Source: Felis catus
Taxonomy: Eukaryota
Direction: 5' to 3'
DNA: 64,000 nucleotides
NCBI RefSeq assembly: GCF_018350175.1
Contig: NC_058368.1
Coordinates: 124,064,001-124,128,000 of the forward strand
Shown here: piece after piece, positions 52,373-64,000 of the stretch
How positions within the stretch are numbered: the first letter of the stretch is position 1
Layout: each line of letters starts with the position of its first letter
Notes under the pieces: generated by a model
What the model was told of the DNA's origin: nothing
Seen by the model: the letters and a program-made list of their open reading frames with translations, nothing else
The model's database searches: none
Made by a program: the position numbers and the translations under genes

Positions 52373-55300
52373 TGTATCAGTTTTCTTTGGCCACTGTGAC
52401 AAATTATCACAAATTTAGTGACTTACAACACAGTTTTTTCTTTTTTTTTTAATTTTCTTTTTTCTTTTTATTTTTTTTATTATATGAAATTTATGGTCAA
52501 ATTAGTTTCCATACAACACCCAGTGCTCATCCCAAAGATGCCCTCTTCAATGCCCATCCCTCCCTCCACCCCCCATCAACCCTCAGTTTGTTCTCAGTTT
52601 TTAAGAGTCTCTTATGCTTTGGCTCTCTCTCCCACTCTAACCTCTTTTTTCTTTTTTTTCCTTCCCCTCCCCCATGGGTTTCTGTTAAGTTTCTCAGGAT
52701 CCACATAAGAGTGAAACCATATGGTATCTGTCTTTCTCTGTATGGCTTATTTCACTTAGCATCACACTCTCCAGTTGCATCCACATTGCTACAAAGGGCC
52801 ATATTTCATTCTTTCTCACTGCCCTGTAGTACTCCATTGTGTATATAAACCACAATTTCTTTATCCATTCATCAGTTGATGGACATTTAGGCTTTTTCCA
52901 CAATTTGGCTATTGTTGAGAGTGCTGCTATAAACATTGGGGTACAAGTGCCCCTATGCATCAGTACTCCTGTATCCCTTGGATAAATTTCTAGCAGTGCT
53001 ACTGCTGGGTCATAGGGTAGGTCTATTTTTAATTTTTTGAGGAACGTCCACCCTGCTTTCCAGAGTGGCTGCACCAGTTTGCATTCCCACCAACAGTGCA
53101 AGAGGGTTCCCGTTTCTCCACATCCTCTCCAGCATCTATAGTCTCCTGATTTGTTCATTTTGGCTACTCTGATTGGCGTGAGGTGATATCTGAGTGTGGT
53201 TTTGATTTGTATTTCCCTGATAAGGAGTGATGTTGAGCATCTTTTCATGTGCCTGTTGGCCACCTGCATGTCTTCTTTAGAGGAGTGTCTATTCATGTTT
53301 TCTGCCCATTTCTTCACTGGATTATTTGTTTTTCGGGTGTGGAGTTTGGTGAGCTCTTTATAGATTTTGGATACTAGCCCTTTGTCTGATATGTCATTTG
53401 CAAATATCTTTTCCCATTCCATTGGTTGCCTTTTAGTTTTGCTGATTGTTTCCTTTGCTGTGCAGAAGCTCTTTATCTTCATGAGGTCCCAGTAGTTCAT
53501 TTTTGCTTTTAATTCCCTTGCTTTTGGGGATGTGTCAAGTAAGAAATTGCTGCGGCTGAGGTCAGAGAGGTTTTTTCTTGCTTTCTCCTCTAGGGTTTTG
53601 ATGGTTTCTTGTCTCACATTCAAGTCCTTTATACATTTTGAATTTATTTCTGTGAGTGGTGTAAGAAAGTGGTCTAGTTTCATTCTTCTGCATGTTGCTG
53701 TCCAGTTCTCCCAGCACCATTTGTTAAAGAGACTGTCTTTTTTCCATTGGATATTCTTTCCTGCTTTGTCAAAGATTAGTTGGCCATACTTTTGTGGGTC
53801 CAATTCTGGGGTCTCTACTGTATTCCATTGGTCTATGTGTCTGTTTTTGTGCCAATACCAAGCTGTCTTGATGATTACAGCTTTATAGTAGAGGCTAAAG
53901 TCTGGGATTGTGATGCCTCCTGCTTTGGTCTTCTTCTTCAAAATGACTTTGGCTATTTGGGGCCTTTTTTGGTTCCATATGAGTTTTAGGATTGCTTGTT
54001 CTAGCTTCGGGAAGAATGCTGCTGCAATTTTGTTTGGGATTGCATTGAATGTGTAGATAGCTTTGGGTAGTATTGACATTTTAACAATATTTATTCTTCC
54101 AACCCAAGAGCATGGAATGTTTTTCCATTTCTTTATATCTTCTTCAATTTCCTTCATAAGCTTTCTACAGTTTTCAGCATACAGATCTTTTACATCTTTG
54201 GTAAGATTTATTCCTAGGTATTTTATGCTTCTTGGTGCACTTGTGAATGGGATCAGTTTCTTTATTTGTCTTTATATTGCTTCATTATTAGTGTATAAGA
54301 ATGCAACTGATTTCTGTACATTGATTTTGTATCCTGCAACTTTGCTGAATTCATGTATCAGTTCTAGCAGACTTTTGGTGGAGTCTATCGGGTTTTCCAT
54401 GTATAATGTCATCTGCAAAAAGTGAAAGCTTGACTTCATCTTTGCCAATTTTGATGCCTTTGATTTCTTTTTGTTGTCTAATTGCTGATGCTAGCACTTC
54501 CAACACTATGTTAAACAACAGCGGTGAGAGTGGACATCCCTTTTGTGTTCCTGATCTCAGAGCAAAAGCTCTCAGTTTTTCCCCATTGAGGATGATATTA
54601 GCTGTGGGCTTTTCATAAATGGATTTTATGATGTTTAAGTATGTTCCTTCTACCCCGACTTTCTCGAGAGCTTTTATTAAGATAGGATGCTGAATTTTGT
54701 CAAATGCTTTTTCTGCATTGGTTGACAGGAGCATATGGTTCTTATCTTTTCTTTTATTAATGTGATGTATCACATTGATTGATTTGCGAATGTTGAACCA
54801 GTCCTGCAGTCCAGGAATGAATCCCACTTGATCATGGTGAATAATTCTTTTTATATGCTGTTGAATTCGATTTGCTAGTATCTTACTGAGAACTTTTGCA
54901 TCCATATTAATCAGGGATATTGGCCTGTAGTTCTCTTTTTTTACTGGGTGTCTGTCTGGTTTAACACAGTTTTTTCTATTATAGTTCTGGAAGTCAGAGG
55001 TCCAAGAGTCAAGGTGTGGGCAGGGTTGTTTCCTTTTGGAGACTCTGAGGGTATTATGTTTTCTTACCATTTCCAACTTCTCATGGTTACCTGTATTCCT
55101 TGGCTGATGACCCCTTCCCCCATATATTGAACATCAATCTAATGTCTGCTTCCATCATCACATTACTTTTTTCTCCCTTTTTGTATTAAGTCTCTGCCTC
55201 TTTCTTCTAATGACCTTCATGAAAACATTTAGGGCCAACTCGGATAATTCAGAATAATCTTCCCAACTCAAGATGCCAACTTAATCACATCTGAAAGGTC

Positions 55301-55380
55301 CTTTGGCCATATAAGGTAACATTTACAAACTGCAGGTTTTAGGACTTAAGTCTTTGGGGCCCATTTTTCAGTCTAACACA
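52373..55380. mobile_element. MaLR MLT1D-like LTR (TG...CA, 5-bp TSD ATGAA) split by an L1
   Basis: Starts TG at 52373 and ends CA at 55380. ATGAA at 52368-52372 and 55381-55385. Confidence 0.85.
52442..54962 (-). mobile_element. Young feline L1, 5'-truncated in RT; 487-codon open ORF2 C-terminus
   Basis: TSD aacacagttttttct at 52427-52441 and 54963-54977. ORFs 52694-54157 and 54351-54960 ([32 protein letters not shown]). Confidence 0.97.
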
Positions 55381-57011
55381 ATGAATGATGAATGAATGGA
55401 TGAATGAATGAATGAATGACTAGATTAATATTTGGTGTTGGTCACACATCTTTTGAAATAAGGAGATTAAATGCAAAATTCTGATCCTTCTAAAACTTTC
55501 TGAGGCTTTACTCTCATTTGTTTGTAAGACACATGGGGTTCTAGCCCATACATTTCCCAAAACCACACACCCGGCCATGATTTCAGGCCCTTCTTCTTCT
55601 CCTTTACAGCCAAGTACCACACTGGTATCAGGTAACATCTGCAGTCAATTTCTGTGTTCCCTGGTTCATATGACAACAGCTTATTCCTGTGGATCTTGGT
55701 TGAGTTTCCTACGAGACCAAGTTGGTATTAATAGATGTTTAGCACATTCACAGATATGGTCAGATGTCTGGAAATAATCCCATGTTCTGAATTTTGTAGC
55801 CCCACCTGGAGATGTTCATGCTTAGTCTGAACTACCCCTTGGTGGATGTGGTTACAATACAGGGGTTCATGCAGTACATAGTAAATTGTACTAGATGACT
55901 TCTGAAAGCTCTTGTCACCCTAAGATTCCATTCTTCTATGCTATTCAGGCATCTAGTCTTCTATGCCAGGCTCTAGCAGTAAAGAAAAAGTCGTAGAAAA
56001 TCCCAAGTCATATGTCTTTAAGTACTTAGAATAGCGCCTTACAAATGGTAAGGGCTCAATAAATCCTACATAAATAAGAATGCAGACATGACTGAAACAA
56101 GTCAGTTTGTGGATCTAGTGTAACTTTTGGTTAAAATTACATACAATATTTGGCAACACATTTACACTCTACAACATCACCTCAGAGTGTCAAATGAATA
56201 CAAATAGAACAGTTTACAAATATCAAACAGCATGTAAATTGCACAGCAAAAAATGGCCCATTGCTTATAATCACTGGGACTACTCAGTTGTTGTCTTAAC
56301 TGGGCCCTCCCTTTTAAAAAATTCAAACACAATGCATGCACTATCTTTGAGCAAAGCATCCTCTGCCTTTGCTACACCTTTTGGCAGGTGGTCTGGGGGA
56401 TTAAGTTCCACTTCAGGTGTAATCATGTTTTGCACTGCCCTTCTCCTCTTTGTAGCTGGTAGTCTTCTCTCCAGTGACCTCCTGGTACCATTATGGCTCG
56501 TGTCTTAATTTAACTCATGACAACCCAGCCAACTCTCTAATGTCCATTTTATCCACTTGTTTTGCTGCGAGAAACAAGATTTACCATTTCAGCTGATGTA
56601 TTATTTTGGCTAGTTTGGCTATTATTAATTAGCAGAACACTAGATGCTGGTGTTCTCTGCCTTTGGCTAATTGAATCAAACCAACACTTATAAACCACAG
56701 TCATCACTATAGAACTTTTACTTTTGTTTTTCTTCATTTTTAAAGGATCCCAGAGAAAATTGATGAAATGCACAACCCAGCCCCCAGCAAATCCTAATTT
56801 CTACTACATGCCACAGATGTAGTTATATTTTGATCCTGGCTTTATTTCCTAAAAGTTTGTAACACTGCCCAGTTAGAAGCTTCGCTTCTCTGTATTTCAG
56901 AAATGGGGATAATAATACTGCTGTACCTAATTATAGGGCTTTAGAGATTAAATGAGATAATTCAGGTAAAATGCTTAGTGACACTTGCTAAAAGTTAACT
57001 CTTCTGTTTCT

Positions 57012-57192
57012 TTAAAAGTTTATTTATTTTGATTGGAGAGGGGGAAGAGCAGGGAGAGGGAGAGAGAGAATCCCAAATAGGGGATTCTACACTGTCAACA
57101 CAAAGCCCAACTTGGGCTAGATCTTTTGAGATCATCATCTGAGCCAAAATCAAGAGTCAGGAGTTTAACTGACTGAATCACCCAGGTGCCCC
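57012..57192 (-). mobile_element. SINEC
   Basis: Flanking aaaagttaa duplication; ends cacccaggtgcccc. Confidence 0.88.
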
Positions 57193-57414
57193 AAAAGTTA
57201 AACATTCTTATTGTTGGTCTTCAGCAAGGCACCAGTAAGAATGTGAAGTGTCTAACTGGTGGTGGTTGTAGGTATTATCAGATTGTAATGGAAACAACAT
57301 AGCATCAAATTGTTGCTAATGGGTCCAAAGAATTGATGTCTTTGAATATGTAGATATTTTTATGGATTTGGAAAAATTTAATTTTGCTCTTTTGTGAATA
57401 CAGAATTACTACTT

Positions 57415-57622
57415 TTTAAAAAATTTATTTATTTATTTTGAGAGAGAGGAACCACAAGCAGGGGAAGGGCAGAGAGAGAGGGAGACAGACAGAATCCCAA
57501 GCAGGCCCTGTGCTCTCAGCATGGGCCATATTGTGGAGCTCAAACTCACGAGCCTTGAGATCATGACCTGAGCTGAAACCAAGAGTTGGACACTTAATCA
57601 ACTGAGCCACCCAGGTACCCCC
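57415..57622 (-). mobile_element. SINEC
   Basis: TSD cagaatta(ct/tc)actttt. Confidence 0.9.
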
Positions 57623-59011
57623 AGAATTATCACTTTTCTAACTTTGATTATACTGCAAGTTCATTACTAGCTCATGGTGAACGGAAACTTGGCTGTTAAT
57701 TGCAGAAGATATACATGCTACTTAGGTAGTGGTTTTACTAAAAGCTGCATCTGTGGGAAATCTATATTAGTAAGACTGTTCCTCTTTGAACTTTATCTGC
57801 AGGAAATAGTGGCCTCAGTGAAAGGAGAAAATGCCTAATTAAATTCATTTACTATCACTTCGTACTACAACTAAATCTAAACTAAATGGGATAAATCTAA
57901 GGAGAATTTCACTCATATTTCTAACCAAGTGTCTGGAATGATTGGTTATTTAATAATCAGTTTATGGGGCTGTTGGTTGGCTCATTTGGTTAACTGACTC
58001 TGAACTTGAACTCTGCCTTTGCTGACATCTCATTGGCTTGTAGACAGGAGTAGTTGTAGAAATATGATTCTCCATTGGTGACAAGATTTAATTGCCCTTT
58101 GGATCATTTTTATACATTACGGAGTTGTCTTCAGTTGGAGTTCAGTAATTTCACTTTAAGACACCCAATCACTTGAAGTGTGATTTCAGATACCTGAAAA
58201 CAGTCTGTCAGCATTAAAATAGTTTAGATCTTAGCCTGAGTGGTTGACCCCATTCTCTGCAGACCTGCTTACAGTATCTTCAGCTATGTTATTCCTCAAG
58301 AAAAAATTCAGAGTTCATCAACTGCATGTTCAAGTAGAGACATTCCTTCTCCAGATTAGAGGCTTTGGTACAGTTCCTTACAATTCTCTGCTCTCTTCTC
58401 ATGGCTAAAGTGTGTAGATCATTCTTAAATCAGACATTCAGCATTTTGAAATTATCCCTGTATGGTTAGATCATCCAAAGTTAATACACTTAAACTGTGT
58501 TGTCTTGGATTATGTTATTCACCACAGAAATGTATAAATCAGGTTTAACATTATGCCCTTGCATTTTATAGAAGATAAATATAAGGTATACATGCCATAT
58601 TTCTGTACTTTTGCTCAACTCCGATTGCAGACGTTGGCCTTTAGGTTACCCTATATCTTTTTAAGAGGATCCATATGATAAATTCCATTTATTAATTCAG
58701 TACCCATAATCAGAAATAGTTACCCCTTCATATGTTTGCTTTTTAATAGGCTATGAGAAATATATAATTCAATATGATCTTTTTTTCCTTCTTCTGCCAT
58801 GAAGATCATTCAGTTTAAAGCTCAAGTGAACTAGTGAAGATGATTTCTCTGTCCCTTTATTCTTTAATTCTTTCTTAGATTTTATAACATTTTAAGTATA
58901 CAGTTTCATCCTTTTTGGGAGAAGATCTTTTGTGCTCTGTCTCTCTCATCCCCACTCCCATATAGTATATATAATAGTGTATATAATATAATAATATATC
59001 TCTATCTCCTT

Positions 59012-59219
59012 TAAAAAATTGTTTTTAAAGTCTATTGATTTTTGGAGAGACAGAGACAGTGGGGGAAGGGAAGAGAGAGAGGGCGAGAGGGAGAGAGAGA
59101 ATCCCAAGCCGACTCCACATTGCCAGTGCAGAGCCTGATGCGGGACTCTCAAGAAACCATGAGATCATGACCTGAGCCCAAACTGAGAGTCACAACCGAC
59201 TGAGTCATCCAGGTGCCCC
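59012..59219 (-). mobile_element. SINEC
   Basis: TSD tctatctcctt. Confidence 0.9.
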
Positions 59220-59619
59220 TATGTATCTATCTCCTTGTCAGTTATCTGTGTCATTCCCAGCTGTAAGGTATGTAGACGTTATATATGATAGGACATGAGA
59301 TGTTACATTTCAATCTGGATTTCAATGACAAATAATATTATAATAGGGTCTATTGTACTTTTCTTTTGCCTTACATTAAGTCATCAGATCCAAGAGCAGT
59401 TTAAATTTTTACTTTTAGTTGATGCCAATCCTTTGGCCACAAAATGAAGACAGCATTGGTTGTTGCAATGCTGCTCCACCGACTACCTTCCCCCTACTGT
59501 CTCCCTCCAGCAAATGCTTCCTAACTGCATTTTTAACAGACAGCCCAGCTAATCTCACCATTTTCAGTTGCAGCTTCCTTCCATCTTGTGTTGAGCACCT
59601 CACTCTTGTTTCCTTACAG

Positions 59620-59699
59620 CTCCACATGGCTTGGATCTGTGGAGAGTCCTGAGACCCGCCACAGTAGATGGAAGAAGGCTAGTGCAGTTGATGTGGAAG
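59620..59699 (+). CDS. IL31RA: IL31RA coding exon, start of FN3 domain D3
   Basis: ccttacag acceptor, AAG|GTGATT donor, 80 bp. (A)PHGLDLWRVLRPATVDGRRLVQLMWK. Confidence 0.96.
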
Positions 59700-61971
59700 G
59701 TGATTTCCTTATGTTGTTTTTTCTGTCTCAAACCCTTGGTCTCTTATACCTCCAAGAAGAGTAATTCTTCAACTTTTACCTCCTGAATTTCCTTTCCTAG
59801 AGGCTTTATAATGCCTCATATCTCACAATGGTTTCCCAGCTCACAAAGCCTTCTAGGTTATCTTACAGATGGCCTAAACGTGAATTGCAGACCCTGCATC
59901 CTCTCTTCCTTGGACTGAAACATTAACATACAAGACAGGTACAAAGTGCAAGTGCAGAGGGCACCTTGACCTTCTGGGGACCCCACCTACCCCTGGCTAG
60001 CTGCATTAGAAGGCAGTGTAAAATTGCATAGCACCCACCCCCACATTGGAGAAGAACACTGATTTGGGATCAGCTCACTAATGTGTCCTGAGGTGATTGA
60101 AAACATATATTGCACATAGGGCAAGTAGGGTACACTGGGGTGCAAGGACAGAGCAGGGGCCAATTGGTCTTTCCTAGGATGGAGGCCTGGGATTGAGGAC
60201 AAAAGGAGAAGGTGGAGGCAGCATGCAGAGAAGAGGAGAAATAAAGAAGAGAGCAGGTAGGAAAAAGGACAGAAAAGGAGGGGAAAAGGGAATAAACAGG
60301 AAAGGAAAAGGGCAAATAGAAAATAAAAATGCAGCCAGGAACCAGGAGAGAAAAGACTGTGGAGTTAGTAGGGAGAAAAAAGAGAATAGAGCAGTGAAAT
60401 ATCAGAACTCTTTATTAGTGTCCAGAGTTCTCAGGGCATAAGTCATCATATTATTTCATGCTTGCTCAAGTCCAGGCAAGTTTAAAATACTTCTGAAAAT
60501 GGAGAAACCACCTGCTTTACCAAATGATATTCTGATCCCAGTTATGTCAAGACTGGAGCATCCTTTACCTTTCCTTGCTCCCTTCACACCCCAGGGCCAT
60601 GGGCACCCTCGGGTTGTAGAGGCAACAGGCCAGGGAGGGCATGACCAGTGTCACTGGGAAATCTTTAAGAATCAATCCTAGATGTTGTGGTATCTTTCTC
60701 AGTGATTAAGTGTGGAAACAGATCACTCTGTCAACATGATTTTGGGGGAGGGAAAGCAAACAGTGGCCCATTTCCACATGTGGGCAGCCACATGTGTTGG
60801 GCCAAGTAGGCCAACATGTGAAATAGATGAAATGGACTTGAATGCCTTTCTCCTTCTCCTCCTCACCTGGAGACTGGTCTTTCTTTTGCCTCAGCAGGAG
60901 AGTTTTCTAAGAATTAAAGTTGGTTAGCAAAGATTGGTTAAAACTGAATGGTGGTGAAGATTGCACAACTCTGCAAATATACTAAAAAAATCCCCCAAAA
61001 ATCCTTAATTGCATACCTTAAAATAGTGAATTTTGTGTTATGTGAATTATATCTCAAAGCTGTTACTTAAAAAAGAGAATGAATTATCCCAAGAGGTAAA
61101 AGACTCTGAGTCATCAGGGAGTTTCTGACCTTTTATGTCATGGAAGCCTCTATGTCAGTTCCTGAACTGAAATGTCAGTGGGACAAAGTGACTTCTGAAG
61201 TCCTGTCTGACCTTACATTCAGTCATTCTACTCTATCTAGGTGTGTTATCAGTAACATAAAGTGAACAACTGTAAAGCCCTATAATTCCTGGGGAATACT
61301 CAGCGTGCTGATTCCTAGGCAAAACATATGGTTAGTAGGTTCAAGTTCAAGGCTGCAAATAAGAGTTTGGCTTAGAGCCCCTGGGGTCACCTTAGGCTTC
61401 TCACTACAGATTTAGGACCTAAATGTTTCAGGCCTCTTCGCTAGGATACCTGATGTGCCTGCCTGGTCTAGGGAAACTAGCTCCCTCCTCAAAGGAGGAG
61501 GCATGCTGCTTTTTATGCAGCAATATAAATACTTTCCAACCCTTGGAAGCTTCCAGACAAGAGATTACCCAGGGCCAGAACAGAATTGGGGTTCTTGGAG
61601 GGAATGCCTCAGATTTTTAATTTATACTGTCCTGTGCCTGCGAGATAGAAAGAAAGATAAGCATCCAAAGAATATGGGGGTGACTTCCTTACATTGGCTT
61701 GGCATTCTCCTAGTTCAGCCTCATGGAATTAGACTTACGTTAAGGGTTGATACCAAGGGGCCACTTAGCAAATCTCTTTTGGCCCTTGAAGGGTTAATAT
61801 CACAGCACAGGTTGTGTTTTTAATCCCAGAAGGGTAATTGCCTAAATTGTAGTTTAGCACTTAATAATTAACATTACCCTTCACCCCTCATCCTCACCAT
61901 TTATCACAGTCTCACTGCCTGTCCTGTCTTTTCTTGTTTTTGGCAATAAATTTTGTTTCCTTTGGGTTCAG

Positions 61972-62188
61972 AAGGCAAGTGGAGCCCCAGTCCTGGAGAA
62001 GGCACTTGGCTACAACATATGGTACTTTCCAGAAAACAGTACTAACCTCACAAAGACATTGAACACCACTAACGAGAAGCTTGAACTGTATCTGGGAGGC
62101 AAGACCTATTGGGTTTGTGTGGTTTCTTATAATTCTCTTGGGGAATCTCCGGTGGCCACCCTGAGGATTCCAGCTATTGATGAAAAGT
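61972..62188 (+). CDS. IL31RA: IL31RA coding exon, FN3 domain D3; gene continues beyond window
   Basis: ttcag acceptor, GTAAGT donor, 217 bp. KASGAPVLEKALGYNIWYFPENSTNLTKTLNTTNEKLELYLGGKTYWVCVVSYNSLGESPVATLRIPAIDEK. Confidence 0.97.
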
Positions 62189-62494
62189 GTAAGTACAGTG
62201 TAAACTTCTACTTAGATGTCTGGCCCCATCTAGTTGTCCAGGAAGTAATCCCTCTGCTCTCAAGGGTTGTGTTTCTCTCAAGTCAAAATGAAAATGAAGT
62301 GGGAAGTTTTTAGGTTATGGTGAGGATAGCAAACTCTTGTGGTAATTAATGAGCCTGGAACAAAGCCTGTGTTGAAAATCAGAGACTTGATAAAGTCATA
62401 TGAGACAAAGTCACACACCTAGAAGTTCTGTATTTGGGATTTTCTCCTCACAGTGTTGACTATGTCTCAGCCTTCATTTGCTCATTCTTCTGTG

Positions 62495-62727
62495 TTCTTC
62501 CTTTTCCTCTTTTTTTATGTTTATTTATTTTTCGCAGAGAGCAAGAGAGAGAGTGTGTGTGCACTGGGGGGTGTGGAGGGTGAAGGGGCAGAGAGAGAGA
62601 GGGAGAGAGAGAATCCCAAGCAAGTTCCATGCTGTCAGCACGGAGCCCAATGTTAAGAACTTGTGAGATCATGACCTGAGCTGAAATCAACGGTTGAACA
62701 GTTAACTGACTGAGCCATCCAGGAGCC
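62495..62727 (-). mobile_element. SINEC
   Basis: Ends gagccatccaggagcc. Confidence 0.88.
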
Positions 62728-63249
62728 ACTCATTACACTTTTGATTAAGTAGTTTTGCTCCTAGGCAAACTCATATTTTATATTCCATTTTGGAATAAAA
62801 TATCTTCTTTGATTCTTATGCAAGGAATTGCAGGCAAGGGGTTTCCTCTCCCCTACTTTATTTTTCTCTATAAATATGTTTCTCAGTCTATAGATTTTCT
62901 CATTTATTTTGTTGCCTATCTTTCCCTCAATTGGATACAAGTTCCATGAGTGCAGAGAATTTTGTTTTCTTTTCCTACTTTTCCTCTTCCTCACACCACT
63001 TCCCTCATCTGCAACAGCTAGAACAGGCATAGAGTATTTTGCATACAAAAGGTGCTCAGTAACTATTTGTTGAAACACATCATAGTCAGATAATGCACTT
63101 TTCCACTTTTCCACTTCTCTTTACTTAGGCCTAGACTGGCTCCGGCATTGTACTACTGGCTCTAGAATTGTTTGCCTATATTCCTTTCTTTCTCTTCTCC
63201 TTAAACTTAACCCATTTCTTGCCTTGCTTCATGTTAGAACTCCTATATA

Positions 63250-63574
63250 CAGTTGACCCTTGAACAACATGAGTTTGAGCTGGGTGGGTCCACTTACGTG
63301 TAAATTTTTTACAGTACACTGCTATAAATGTATTTTCCCTTATCACTCTCTAAATAACATTTTCTTTTCTCTAGCATGCTTTACTGTAAAAATACAATAT
63401 GTAATACATGTAACATACAGAATATGTGTTAATCAACTATGTTATCAGTAAGGCTTCCAGTCAACAGTAGACTATTAGTAGTTAAGTTTTGAGAGAGTCA
63501 AAAGTTATACATAGATTTTCAACTTCTCAGGGGGTTGGTGCCCCTGATCCCCCATGTTGTTCAAGGGTCAGTTG
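63250..63574. mobile_element. Tigger2a-like TcMar MITE
   Basis: TIRs cagttgacccttgaacaacatg / catgttgttcaagggtcagttg flanked by TA. Confidence 0.88.
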
Positions 63575-64000
63575 TACACATGACATTTGAGCTACACTTG
63601 ACATTATTTTAGTATTTAATATCATTCCCCACCATTCTTAGTTCCTGGAATCCTAGTTTCCAAGATACTATCTATCTACTACCTATCTAATACCCCTAGT
63701 GATGAGGTTTCTGACAAATGCATCTGTCATTGAATAAACATTCTTTGTTAATAGAGGCACTGCTGCATAGTAATCCCAATTTCTTGGTGTTGCCCTGGAG
63801 TGGAAGGCAGTAAAGAATAGGGGATACAAACCTAGGCTTGGGAGTCCAACAGCCCTTTAGTTATATCTTTACTTTTTCACTACAATATCTAGGCACTGCA
63901 AACCTTGGGCAAGTTATCTAAACTCTAAACCTTAGCTGCTTGTAAAATGGAGTTATTTTATTGTAACACCTACTTCATAGAGCTGTTGTGATGATGAAAT

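Noticed and set aside
52694..54157. 487-aa ORF, the longest in the window
   Set aside because: L1 ORF2 C-terminus of a 5'-truncated, frameshifted element; not a host gene and not autonomous.
62189..62313. Open read-through after the last exon shown
   Set aside because: The donor is a canonical GTAAGT and I have no supporting evidence, unlike the GC-donor case.

Overview
Mammalian genomic DNA, almost certainly from a felid, based on SINEC_Fc-type tRNA-derived SINEs and carnivore/feline L1s. The window holds the 5' half of IL31RA (interleukin-31 receptor alpha, gp130-like) on the + strand: a probable non-coding 5' exon (18121-18353) and seven coding exons (24336-62188). These splice in frame to 324 codons covering the signal peptide, the cytokine-binding module with WSGWS, and the first FN3 domain. 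The gene continues past the window end. The intron after the WSGWS exon has a non-canonical GC donor. A decayed antisense SMU1 processed pseudogene lies in the first intron. The rest is repeat-rich: large antisense L1s (one full-length with a TSD), about 25 SINEs, MaLR/ERV1 LTRs and DNA-transposon fossils, several nested. I found no convincing wholly new biological system. The best leads are regulatory: a GC-donor read-through soluble isoform with a frameshifted tail, a junction-spanning strong uORF, and loss of the MER82-derived first exon used in human. Comparisons with human or consensus sequences are from memory and need alignment. Repeat boundaries are approximate unless a TSD is given.
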